A stretch of DNA of 64,000 nucleotides from contig CAXXIN010000003.1 in NCBI GenBank assembly GCA_963665275.2, positions 1-64,000 on the forward strand, written 5' to 3'. The translations under genes were made by a program, and so were the position numbers. The notes under the pieces were generated by a model. That model worked only from the letters and a program-made list of their open reading frames with translations, was not told where the DNA came from and ran no database searches. Source of the DNA: Negativicutes bacterium (lineage in GTDB: Bacteria; Bacillota; Negativicutes; UBA1444). Positions 50,144-59,305 of this stretch are shown piece after piece; position 1 is the stretch's first letter, and the number at the start of each line of letters is the position of its first letter.

Positions 50144-50371
50144 AAACCACCCCGTTTGAATACGCTCCGCGAAGTCTCAGAAATATTGCACCGAATAGCT
50201 TCAAGTGCATGTCTTTAGACTACGCTCAATTCACTCAGAGTACATTAGAACGACGATATAGCTTTGCATATGAAAGTCCGAATTGTTTTATAACGCTAGC
50301 ACAATTTATCATTGACCCCTGTGCTCGAGTTGAACAAACGTACAGGTCTGGAGACCCTACCTCATTGGCGC

Positions 50372-51802
50372 TCAAAAAGGCAACCTCAGGAATATTTTGG
50401 CATATCCCATCACTCGCTTAACTGTAATTAGTTTCTTTTCATTATAGGGTGGAAATAATATATTGATCGTAATTTTACTACTTCGCTTCAATACGCTTTT
50501 TCGATGCGAAAATGTCAAAAAGCTATCATAACCATGATAGGAGCCCATACCGGAATTTCCTACACCACCAAACGGAAGCCGAGGGTTGGCTAAATGGGTA
50601 ATCGTGTCATTAATGCAAACGCCACCGGACGACACTTCATTTAGCACTTTTACTTCTACATCCTTATTGGTAGTAAATAAATACAGTGCAAGAGGCTTGG
50701 GTAACTTTTTAATATCTTCCATTGCTCTATCGAGGTTGTTATACGTCATGAAGGGAAGAACGGGCCCAAAGATTTCGTCCTCCATACTCGCCGTGTTCCA
50801 TGACTCAACTTCAATAAGCGTCGGTTCAATATACTTCGTTTCCTCATCATAGCGTCCACCATAAACGATACCGGCACTGTCGCGCTCAATTATATTTTTT
50901 ATACGATTGAAGTGTTTATTGTTAATAATACGTCCAAAGCAATCGCTTTTTTGGGGATCTGCTCCAAAAAACTCTTGAATGACTTTTTTCATCTCACCAA
51001 CTAATTCTTCCTTGATGGCTTCATGAACCAAAAGATAGTCGGGCGCTACACAAGTCTGCCCTGCATTGAGCGTTTTTCCCCAAATAATTCTTTGAGCAGC
51101 GATTTTAATATTTGCACTTTCATCAACGATTACCGGGCTTTTCCCACCAAGTTCCAATGTAACCGGAACCAGGTTTTTGGCGGCAGCTGCCATGACAATT
51201 TTGCCAACCCCAACACTTCCGGTGAAAAACATATAATCAAATGTTGCATTGATTAAGGCAGTAGTGGTTTCAACATTCCCCTCTACAGAACGTACGTAGT
51301 TCGAATCAAACCCCGTTGAAATCATCTCTGTAACGATTGCCGAAACAGTGGGTGACACTTCGGAGGGTTTCAACACCGCACAGTTCCCGGCAGAAATTAC
51401 GCCAACCAACGGTTCCATTAATAGCTGAAATGGATAATTGTAAGGCCCAATTACCAAAACGGTTCCATAGGGTTCGTTCATAACAACGCTTTTAGCAGGA
51501 AATAAATAAATTGGAGTTCTTACTTTCGTAGGATTGGCCCATTTTTTCAGATTTCTAATTGCATCTTCAATGCTATAATATACAAATCCAATTTCCGTAG
51601 TATAGGATTCGAATTCAGGTTTACCCAAGTCCATCTTTAAAGCTGCGAGAATCTTACTTTCATATTTTTCTATCCCTGCCCGTAATTTCTTCAATTGTTC
51701 AATACGAAAATCCAAACTTTTTGTTTTTTGTGTTTTAAAAAAGCCATTATGTGACTTCAAAATATTCTCTGCATCTTGCGACGTTAATTCTATAGACTTC
51801 AT
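50372..51802 (-). CDS. Aldehyde dehydrogenase (ALDH3/YwdH-like)
   Basis: PYNYP, KPSE, FTGS, LELGGKSP, GQTCVAPD, EIFGP, PFGGVGNSG. Confidence 0.95.
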   Translation of the reverse strand: MKSIELTSQDAENILKSHNGFFKTQKTKSLDFRIEQLKKLRAGIEKYESKILAALKMDLGKPEFESYTTEIGFVYYSIEDAIRNLKKWANPTKVRTPIYLFPAKSVVMNEPYGTVLVIGPYNYPFQLLMEPLVGVISAGNCAVLKPSEVSPTVSAIVTEMISTGFDSNYVRSVEGNVETTTALINATFDYMFFTGSVGVGKIVMAAAAKNLVPVTLELGGKSPVIVDESANIKIAAQRIIWGKTLNAGQTCVAPDYLLVHEAIKEELVGEMKKVIQEFFGADPQKSDCFGRIINNKHFNRIKNIIERDSAGIVYGGRYDEETKYIEPTLIEVESWNTASMEDEIFGPVLPFMTYNNLDRAMEDIKKLPKPLALYLFTTNKDVEVKVLNEVSSGGVCINDTITHLANPRLPFGGVGNSGMGSYHGYDSFLTFSHRKSVLKRSSKITINILFPPYNEKKLITVKRVMGYAKIFLRLPF

Positions 51803-51859
51803 CAAACAACACCTCATCTTACATTTTCGCCACAGCTGCAAGAAGTCTTTCTGAGTATG

Positions 51860-52117
51860 TCATTCGAAGGAGAAAAACTCCTTCCAGGTTGGATGCGCTA
51901 AATGATATTCTTTCCTGGCTTCCCGATTTATTGCTTCAATGCGAGGATCGGAATCCGGAGAAGGCGCCTCATCGTTCTTTTTAATATCCCTGTCAAATAA
52001 TTGATTGCTCACAAACGGAATCGGAATTACTATTTCTCCCTCAATCGCCTTTCCCTCAGCATCAAAAGGAAATAGCGATAACAGCACGCCTGCGATAATC
52101 ACTATTTTCCATAGCAT
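51860..52117 (-). CDS. Small exported hypothetical protein
   Basis: Signal-peptide-like N-terminus; 85 aa; weak RBS. Confidence 0.5.
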   Translation of the reverse strand: MLWKIVIIAGVLLSLFPFDAEGKAIEGEIVIPIPFVSNQLFDRDIKKNDEAPSPDSDPRIEAINREARKEYHLAHPTWKEFFSFE

Positions 52118-52252
52118 GGCATTAGTCTCTATCTTTCATTGCAATATGCCCATTATAAAGCGTGGTTTCAGTTTTGTGCAGAATTCAATCATAACCATGG
52201 TCACCTAATCCTTAGAAGTATTTGAATTTTTTAATGCTACCTTAAGTCTACG

Positions 52253-53590
52253 GATAGCGTACAATAAAGTTCGCAAAAGAGAATAGGAAAAACCATCGGC
52301 AACTCCGAAAAGGTAAGTGTCCAGCAAACCAAGAAGGAGTGTAGCGCCGATGGTTTACCAAAATTCTACCGTACCTTTTGAAAAAATGCTAATGAAATTT
52401 GTGGCAGACGACGATCCCATGCAGGAAATGCTCAAGTGGCTCTGCGAACGACTCATGGCAGCCGAAGTGGACGGCAAGCTGGAAGCCCAAAAATCAGAGC
52501 GAACCCAAACTCGCCAGGGATATCGCTCAGGTTATCGAGTCAGGCGATTTGACACGCGAATGGGGACAATGTATCTGATGGTGCCCAAGATCCGAAATGG
52601 CGGGTATATCCCATTCTTCCTGGAAGCCAGAAAACGATCCGAAGCCGCTTTGATGAACGTCATTCAGGAAGCCTATGTAAACGGCGTATCGACACGGAAA
52701 ATCGACAAACTCACCAAAAGTTTGGGGATCGACTCCATCTCCCGCAGTCAGGTTTCGGCCATCACCAAAGAATTAAATGAACAAGTTGAAGCCTTCCGCA
52801 ATCGCCAGTTGGAAGAGATCTATCCGGTTCTATGGGTGGATGCCTTGTATGAACGTATCCGCGATCACCATAGTGTTAAAAACATGGCGGTCCTGGTAGT
52901 TACAGGCATTAATTGCGACGGCAAACGCGATATCCTGGCGATTGAACCGATGGTTGAGGAATCCGCCGCCACGTATACCCAACTGTTCGACAATCTCAAA
53001 GCCCGGGGAGTAAAAAAGGTCTGGTTGGTTGTATCGGATGCGCATAAGGGGCTGGTCAAAGCCGTGAGGGAATCCTTCGTTGGTTGCGCCTGGCAACGCT
53101 GCAAAGTCCATTTCATGCGAAATATCTTGGCCCATATATCCAGCCGGGAAAAGAAAACCTTTGCGGAAAAACTCAAGCAAATCTGGCTCCAGCCTGACTA
53201 TGACAGCGCCAAAAAATATGCGGCGTCTCTGATGGACGATTATGAAACAAGATATCCGGAAGCGATTGCCACACTGGAAGACGGTCTGGAAGAATCGCTG
53301 CAGTTTTTCAGTTTCAATGAAATCGACTCGCGAAAAATCTCATCCACTAATCTGTTGGAACGGCTAAACAAGGAAATCCGGCGTCGAACAAAGGTGGTCG
53401 GTATCTTCCCGAGTATGGATTCCTATGTTCGCCTAGTAACCAGTTACTTGATTGAATACAGCGAGGATTGGTCTAGCGGGCGATCTTATATTCATCCCAT
53501 GATCATTACAGAGATCCAGCAAAAACTCGATGCGGCTGCTTAACCAAGCTGGAGTGCCGATGGTTTTTGCGAACATTATTTGACACTATC
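52253..53590 (+). mobile_element. Complete IS256-family element with 8-bp target-site duplication
   Basis: IRL GATAGCGTACAATAAAGTTCGCAAAA vs IRR(rc) GATAGTGTCAAATAATGTTCGCAAAA; AGTCTACG at 52245-52252 and 53591-53598. Confidence 0.95.
52350..53543 (+). CDS. IS256 family transposase
   Basis: YVNGVSTRK, VDALY, VVSDAHKGL, WQRCKVHF, STNLLERLNKEIRRR. Confidence 0.96.
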   Translation: MVYQNSTVPFEKMLMKFVADDDPMQEMLKWLCERLMAAEVDGKLEAQKSERTQTRQGYRSGYRVRRFDTRMGTMYLMVPKIRNGGYIPFFLEARKRSEAALMNVIQEAYVNGVSTRKIDKLTKSLGIDSISRSQVSAITKELNEQVEAFRNRQLEEIYPVLWVDALYERIRDHHSVKNMAVLVVTGINCDGKRDILAIEPMVEESAATYTQLFDNLKARGVKKVWLVVSDAHKGLVKAVRESFVGCAWQRCKVHFMRNILAHISSREKKTFAEKLKQIWLQPDYDSAKKYAASLMDDYETRYPEAIATLEDGLEESLQFFSFNEIDSRKISSTNLLERLNKEIRRRTKVVGIFPSMDSYVRLVTSYLIEYSEDWSSGRSYIHPMIITEIQQKLDAAA

Positions 53591-53709
53591 AGTCTACGCC
53601 TCATTCAAGCATTTTACATTAGAACAATAGAATACGATTTGCATGAAAACTCCTGGATCGTTTATAACGATGGAGTTAAATCTTACGGACTTATCCTGAC
53701 GGCCACACA

Positions 53710-53755
53710 CAACAAAGGGCAGCCAACCACGAATGATTGACTGCCCTTTGTTGTA
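53710..53755 (-). terminator. Hairpin downstream of the Nif11-like gene
   Basis: ACAACAAAGGGCAG...CTGCCCTTTGTTGT. Confidence 0.6.
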
Positions 53756-53870
53756 TTACAACAGATTTAATTCGTTGCTATCGCGCTCAACCCTTCGGCT
53801 TAAATCGAGGTTGCTTGTTTCATTTTCAGGGCTTCTTTCAGTCAAAAGCGATTCAATCTATGTGCAAAAA

Positions 53871-54101
53871 TTATCGATCAAGTCCGATGGTCCTCACATA
53901 CATCGTGTCTCCCGACCAATACTTTAGTCCATTTTTCCCATCGCCCCTTGCTTCTTTAGCATCTTTCGAGGAAAACTCATAACCTTCGCTTTCTTCGAAC
54001 GCGCGTCTTGCATAGGGATCCCTACATTCCAAAAATCTTTTAGCAAATTTTTCATCAGCCTTCATTCTGTCAATAAATCGCTTTGCGACTTCAACACTCA
54101 T
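53871..54101 (-). CDS. Nif11-like leader peptide family protein
   Basis: MSVEVAKRFIDRMKADEKFA...R..F...EGYEFS pattern; RBS GGAGGG. Confidence 0.8.
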   Translation of the reverse strand: MSVEVAKRFIDRMKADEKFAKRFLECRDPYARRAFEESEGYEFSSKDAKEARGDGKNGLKYWSGDTMYVRTIGLDR

Positions 54102-54237
54102 TTGTATCCCTCCTGTTTTTCCTCTCCAGTTCCACTTGAGAATCGCTCAGTGTTAAACTAGCGATTTCAAGACAAATCAGATTATTCATATTACTAGTAT
54201 ACCACCTTTTCAGCCACAGTGTATTCGGCGCGTTCTC

Positions 54238-54301
54238 CTGCCCACAAGCAAAAAAGCTCTGCGAATAAAATTTCGCAAAGCTTTTTTTTGCTTGTGGGCA
54301 G
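54238..54301. terminator. Long hairpin between the STAS and Nif11-like genes
   Basis: CTGCCCACAAGCAAAAAAGCT..GCGAA-loop-TTCGC..AGCTTTTTTTTGCTTGTGGGCAG. Confidence 0.65.
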
Positions 54302-54337
54302 CCTTTTTCTATCGCACAGCCCGATCTCCCATTGCCA

Positions 54338-54640
54338 TTATTGGATTTCAAACGCTTTCATCATGTAGGTTAATTCAAACTGTTTTTTCAAAAGCCGTTG
54401 AATTCCTTTTATCTTAATGCCGCCACCACTCTGCAAGGCTTTCTTTTGGGCGGAAACGATCATTCCCATGCCCACACATTCGATGTAATCGACTTGCGAC
54501 AAATCAAGCAAAATGGATGTTTGACCTTGGATAATCAATTCAGTAAGAGCGTCTCTAATTCTTTTTGCTTCTTCCACAAAAATGTTTCCTGTCAAAATAA
54601 CTTGCATCTGATTATTTATCATTTCCATTTTCTGATTCAA
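54338..54640 (-). CDS. STAS protein lacking the conserved phosphorylatable Ser
   Basis: LDLSQVDYIECVGMG versus DSTG in the paralogs. Confidence 0.88.
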   Translation of the reverse strand: MNQKMEMINNQMQVILTGNIFVEEAKRIRDALTELIIQGQTSILLDLSQVDYIECVGMGMIVSAQKKALQSGGGIKIKGIQRLLKKQFELTYMMKAFEIQ

Positions 54641-54750
54641 TGTGATTCTCCTCTTACGCCTTTCAGGTGTTACTACTTATTGTAGCACAGGTTGGCGCAT
54701 TCCAGTATTGTCCAGAACCGATACGCCCTGCAGTCTGCAAATCAATTGGC

Positions 54751-55185
54751 TCATTGTCCAAATAGAGCGAGTCCCACAAAGGCGCCAAGCAAGATCCCAA
54801 GACCTTCCTGTTCCTGTTCATGTCGTTGATTTTCCAACCACTGACGGTCATGCCATGCACGATCATTTTCCATGGCACGCCTGCGCATTTCTCTTTCATG
54901 CCGCTCGTTTTCCCAGCGTTGACGATCCATCTGCCCCTGCCGTTCTCTATCCATACGCTCCCGTTCCATCCGTTGGTGTTCGGCACGTTGGTGTTCCATC
55001 CGTTGCTGCTCAGCTCGCTGTTGTTCCATACGCTGTTGGTTGGGAGGTTGCTGGCGGGACCGATGTTCCTGTTGCTGCCTGTCATCACGATTTTGCGGTG
55101 CCGCCTGTACTACAGTCGCACCAATCCCACTCATCAAAACCCCAACCAAAGAATATACGATTACTTTTCGTGCTTGCTTTAACAT
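54751..55185 (-). CDS. Exported low-complexity Q/R/E-rich protein (paralog 2)
   Basis: RBS AAGGAG; signal peptide ending VVQAAP; (Q/H)QR(M/A)E pentapeptide repeats; C-terminal GLGILLGAFVGLALFG. Confidence 0.85.
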   Translation of the reverse strand: MLKQARKVIVYSLVGVLMSGIGATVVQAAPQNRDDRQQQEHRSRQQPPNQQRMEQQRAEQQRMEHQRAEHQRMERERMDRERQGQMDRQRWENERHEREMRRRAMENDRAWHDRQWLENQRHEQEQEGLGILLGAFVGLALFGQ

Positions 55186-55263
55186 TCTTGTTCATCTCCT
55201 TCATTCTTCGCCTTTAATTGATGACTGGAATCGCAAATCCCGACTAGCTTTTCTCTTACCTTC

Positions 55264-55308
55264 ATTATGAGCCGCAAATATGTCAAGATTGTGTCAAAAG
55301 CTTGTCAA
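55264..55308 (-). promoter_or_regulatory. Three 11-bp-period TGTCAA repeats upstream of a CATAAT -10
   Basis: TGTCAA at 55281, 55292 and 55303; same spacing to the -10 as at 47137-47179. Confidence 0.65.
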
Positions 55309-55434
55309 ATATAAGTAGTTTTCCATCTGGTTGTAAAATATAAAAAGCCAAGGCACCCGCTTAAGAGGCTCCTTGGCTTTTTTTCGAGAACAATCCGAGC
55401 AATTATCTGCTTGATTGACTCTTTGCTATTGATA

Positions 55435-56634
55435 TCAGATAATCTGTTTTTTGCGTCTCCTGGCATGCACACCAGCCAGACGACGTTTGCTTTTATGAAA
55501 ATCCACAACTAAAGAAGTTACAACAACCAAAGCTACACCTAGGAGAATCTTAAAATAATATTCCCGCTCTATGGCTTCGGTCGCAATCAAGTCAATTTTC
55601 CCAATTTCGTTCCCCTTATATAGAACTCGCGCTACGCCCAGTTTTTGCCCTACTTCGATGGGCGCCTCCACACTGTTGGGCACTTCGGCAACTACTTGAA
55701 ATTGATCCAGGTCTCCATCAGAAACTGGTACAAGCATATTGGAAACAGCGGCAAGTTTCACGTTGCCGATTTTTCCATCGGCGACCGAGGCTGTTTTCAA
55801 AATGGTTCCCTGTTTGAATAATTCTACCGTTTGAAGTTTGCTAAAGCCAAAATCCAGAAGTGCTCTGGAATCAACCCACATCTGATCTGCATCCAAAACC
55901 ACCGCAATCAAATGAACATTATTGCGGGTAGCACTAGACACCAAACATGGCCCAGCCGCTTCAGTGTAACCCGTTTTTACGCCGTTGGCGCCATTATACG
56001 TCCAAAGTAATTTGTTTTCGTTATACAAATCCCGGTCATAGCCTTTGTTGTTCCATGGAATATTTTTGTGTCGTGTGCTAACGATATTGCGAAACAAGGA
56101 GTTTTTGTAGCCATAAGCGGTGATAATCGCCAAATCATGGGCTGTTGTATAGTGCTTCGGATCAGGCAACCCATTGGGATTTGTAAAATTGGTGTGAACA
56201 GCGCCGATGGCATGGGCTTTCTGCGTCATGAGCTGAGAGAATTTTTCCATGGAGCCTGAAATATGCTCGGCGACTGCCACCGTTGCGTCGTTGCCGGAAT
56301 GTAGCATGACACCATAAAGTATATCCAGAAGCTTCAGTCGCTCGCCAACCTCCAGATATATTGAAGAGCCATCAGTCATGGCAGCATTGGGACTGGCCGT
56401 TACAACATCTTCCAGGTTCCCATGTTCCAAAGCAGTTATCAAGGTCATTATTTTGGTCGTACTGGCTGGATACCGTATCGCTTCCGCATTTTTTTCATAT
56501 AGAATCTTGCCTGTGGTCGCTTCAATCACGATCGCCGACTTGGCCGTGATTTTCGGTAGGTTCGGCGCGGCAATCGCTATTTGCGATATTAAAATCAAAT
56601 AGACAAAGCATATTAAAAATATACGTTTTACCAA
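55435..56634 (-). CDS. D-alanyl-D-alanine carboxypeptidase (peptidase S11)
   Basis: PASTTK (SxxK), SGN, KTG, PBP5_C domain, C-terminal TM; TTG start after AAGGA. Confidence 0.93.
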   Translation of the reverse strand: MVKRIFLICFVYLILISQIAIAAPNLPKITAKSAIVIEATTGKILYEKNAEAIRYPASTTKIMTLITALEHGNLEDVVTASPNAAMTDGSSIYLEVGERLKLLDILYGVMLHSGNDATVAVAEHISGSMEKFSQLMTQKAHAIGAVHTNFTNPNGLPDPKHYTTAHDLAIITAYGYKNSLFRNIVSTRHKNIPWNNKGYDRDLYNENKLLWTYNGANGVKTGYTEAAGPCLVSSATRNNVHLIAVVLDADQMWVDSRALLDFGFSKLQTVELFKQGTILKTASVADGKIGNVKLAAVSNMLVPVSDGDLDQFQVVAEVPNSVEAPIEVGQKLGVARVLYKGNEIGKIDLIATEAIEREYYFKILLGVALVVVTSLVVDFHKSKRRLAGVHARRRKKQII

Positions 56635-56809
56635 CGAGGTTCTTCCTTTCAATCCAACATTTTTATCTTCGCCAAAACACAATATATCATCAGTACGAAA
56701 AAATCTCCAGTCTGGTCGTACATCCTTTGCCCTCTTTATACTTCGCAACTCCATGATTGGCGCGTATTTCATGGCATTATCACAAACTTAAGCCGGTCGC
56801 AACAAAAAT

Positions 56810-56837
56810 ACTCCCCGGACAAACAGTCCGAGGAGCG
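56810..56837. repeat. Palindrome family copy / terminator
   Basis: CTCCCCGGAC-aaaca-GTCCGAGGAG. Confidence 0.55.
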
Positions 56838-56856
56838 TTAATAGGATTACGTTAAG

Positions 56857-57522
56857 TTAAAAAACTATTTTTTGCAATTCCACTTCTGCCTTGGGAGCAA
56901 AAAGTTTTATATCGCTATATATATCGGAAAGATGCTGAAAAACAAAGTCGTGCGGAATACCTGACGGTGCATAGACCACAAACATAACTTTGGTTGTTTC
57001 TGATGTAATGCGAGTTCGACTATCGGGTCCGTGAATGATACTGGATATAATCCCTGCTTCATCGCTAATGCTCATATCCCCTGGTTTTGCTATTTGCGTC
57101 TTTCCATTCATCAATATATATTGCTCTCCGTCGTTGACCACATTAAGTTTCAAGGGCAACTGCAATGCATAATAATCGTGCCCGGCGGTTAGTAAGCCGT
57201 TTTTCAATTCAGCCATAAACATGGTTTCGACTAACCCTGCAACACTCGGAATACTCTTGCTTTTGAAAATCACCGACTCCATTTGCTGTTGCACATGGTA
57301 GGTCTTTACAAATTTTTTATAATAGGCAATGTACGCACTTATGATAGGATTTTCGACCAATTCGTTCCGATTGGAAAATTTGAGTCTAAGTTCGTTTTCA
57401 ATCATTCGCTTTTGTTCATCCAGCACTCCACTGTGCTCAGGGTTAGTCACTTGGTCAACTACCAAGATGCCTACACTAGCTCCCGGGAATGAGTTTTTCC
57501 ATTGTTCGGCAATTTTCAACAT
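56857..57522 (-). CDS. Stand-alone B3/4 domain protein (PheRS beta editing-like)
   Basis: NPIISAY..YYK.F, IPSV..LVE, LLTAGHD, GPDSRTRIT.ET. Confidence 0.8.
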   Translation of the reverse strand: MLKIAEQWKNSFPGASVGILVVDQVTNPEHSGVLDEQKRMIENELRLKFSNRNELVENPIISAYIAYYKKFVKTYHVQQQMESVIFKSKSIPSVAGLVETMFMAELKNGLLTAGHDYYALQLPLKLNVVNDGEQYILMNGKTQIAKPGDMSISDEAGIISSIIHGPDSRTRITSETTKVMFVVYAPSGIPHDFVFQHLSDIYSDIKLFAPKAEVELQKIVF

Positions 57523-57562
57523 GTGAATCAGCTCCTCAACAATAACGATTAACCTTCCACCT

Positions 57563-58438
57563 TCATATTACATCGTTTGGGTGAAACCGCTCTTGTATGA
57601 AATTGCTGTATTGGCTTGGAGTAATCCCAGTAATTTGTTTGAACTGTTTTGAAAAATGGCTTTGATCCACAAACCCCATTTCGTGGGCAACAAATGCAGG
57701 CAAAAACCCTTTAGCGAGAAACTCTTTGGCTCTTTTGATCCGAACTTGTTTCTGGTAAATGTGTGGTGGAACTCCGATGTGATTTTTAAATACGCGGATT
57801 AGGTGAAACGAACTCAAATGGCATGTTGTGGAAAGGTCTTGCAGCGAAATGTTTTCCGAATAATGCTCTTCAATATAGTCCTTAACTAATTTTACGCCTT
57901 GGTCCTCTTTTCCCCAATAGCACAAATCTGTTCGTTGGTCAGAATGGCGGGCAACAAATGCTGTCAGCATTGAAAAAACAAGTGACTCTTGTTCAAGTGT
58001 AGGTGAATTTCGTTCCTCCAAAAATCGGTGTGTTATACTGATTTGATTCGCTAAGTTACGATCTTGAATGACTCCTGTTGCAAAATAAGGGCTTCGAGCC
58101 TTCCCATATAGATTATATGCAACTTGTTCAATCAAATCCCGCGAAAGATAAAACATTCGATAAGTCCAGCCCTCTGGAGTTGCTGCATAACCATCATGCG
58201 CCTCTCCTGGAATCACCAAATTGACAGAGCCGGAAGGCGCTATCACGCGCTCTCCTCTATACGAAAAAGCAAGCGCGCCTTGCTCGATTACTCCAATCGC
58301 ATATCCTTCGTGAATGTGACGGGGAAAAACTTGCGTAGTATATGTTGCACAAAGCAATTCAAGATTCTGCAGCTGAGGAATAATCCAGTAATTTACTGAT
58401 TCAGGTAAGCCTAATTTATGTGTCATAATGAAATCCAA
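57563..58438 (-). CDS. AraC family transcriptional regulator
   Basis: FPRHIHEGY cupin domain; HLIRVFK..GVPP; GFVDQSHFSKQFK..G.TP. Confidence 0.93.
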   Translation of the reverse strand: MDFIMTHKLGLPESVNYWIIPQLQNLELLCATYTTQVFPRHIHEGYAIGVIEQGALAFSYRGERVIAPSGSVNLVIPGEAHDGYAATPEGWTYRMFYLSRDLIEQVAYNLYGKARSPYFATGVIQDRNLANQISITHRFLEERNSPTLEQESLVFSMLTAFVARHSDQRTDLCYWGKEDQGVKLVKDYIEEHYSENISLQDLSTTCHLSSFHLIRVFKNHIGVPPHIYQKQVRIKRAKEFLAKGFLPAFVAHEMGFVDQSHFSKQFKQITGITPSQYSNFIQERFHPNDVI

Positions 58439-58452
58439 ACACCTTTTCTATG

Positions 58453-58881
58453 TCACGCACTAAATGTGCCAATTTCTTCTGCGATAAAATTCGCAGAAAA
58501 GCAGATGGCAGTTTTTGTTTTCTCTTCGCAGAGATGCGGTGGATTATCCTGTTTAAATCCTTGCGGTCGTAAGTCTTTGCACTGCAAACTAGCGAATCGT
58601 TGTTGAAATGCGCTGGCGAAGCTATGACAAACAGTGACAATTTGTTCATGTTCAAATCCTTTTGCTTTTCCATAGATTCCAATGAACATCAAGCTACCCT
58701 CTACAAGGCCACACTGAGCACCGAACCTACCTGCTCCCGGCATCCCAATCGCGGCTTCCAGCACTTGAGGTTGAAGCTCGATGCAGAAGATTTCCCCTAA
58801 TATTTTCAATGTAGTCACTGCACAATTTAGATCCTGGTCCCAGTAATAGGTATGAACCCGTAAGTCAATTAGGTCTTTCAA
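58453..58881 (-). CDS. C-GCAxxG-C-C family putative redox-active protein
   Basis: NCA, QCGLVEG, SLQCKDL, HLC spacing. Confidence 0.8.
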   Translation of the reverse strand: MKDLIDLRVHTYYWDQDLNCAVTTLKILGEIFCIELQPQVLEAAIGMPGAGRFGAQCGLVEGSLMFIGIYGKAKGFEHEQIVTVCHSFASAFQQRFASLQCKDLRPQGFKQDNPPHLCEEKTKTAICFSANFIAEEIGTFSA

Positions 58882-58927
58882 CTTCTAATCTCTCCTCAAT
58901 ACATCAATCTGCAAAAGTTAATATGAA

Positions 58928-59305
58928 CTAATTATATACCTGAATATATTTGCCTTTGAAGACAACATTCATTCCGCTATAAAAGGTGCATCCGTCCGTC
59001 TGTTGCACGAGGATGGCTCCATCAACAGCCTGGAATGTTAATTGGCAATTATTTTTTCCATTAAATATGGCTACGTGTTCCGAAGAAATTTCAGCCGCAC
59101 CTTCAATTCCACCTGTGTGATTTTTCCACCTGGCATCGATCTTGAAATTAAATAATTTCTCATTCGCGCCACTAATGATCAGCTGAGAGCCACGCTCCGA
59201 GGAGTTGGAGTCTCTTGACCAGTTCCCATCCCATGCGGATACCACGCCAGAAAAAAACACTGATAGGGTCGCAAAAACCGTTAATATTGCACCGATTCTC
59301 TTCAT
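58928..59305 (-). CDS. Exported hypothetical protein
   Basis: RBS AAGGAG; signal peptide VSA; W.G.W, HTG..EG, C.L.F..C pattern. Confidence 0.75.
   Translation of the reverse strand: MKRIGAILTVFATLSVFFSGVVSAWDGNWSRDSNSSERGSQLIISGANEKLFNFKIDARWKNHTGGIEGAAEISSEHVAIFNGKNNCQLTFQAVDGAILVQQTDGCTFYSGMNVVFKGKYIQVYN

Noticed and set aside
54663-55217. Alternative-frame ORFs with Asn/Gly/Trp or Val/Pro repeats
   Set aside because: By-products of the 15-nt repeats in the Q/R/E-rich gene, which alone has an RBS, signal peptide and paralog
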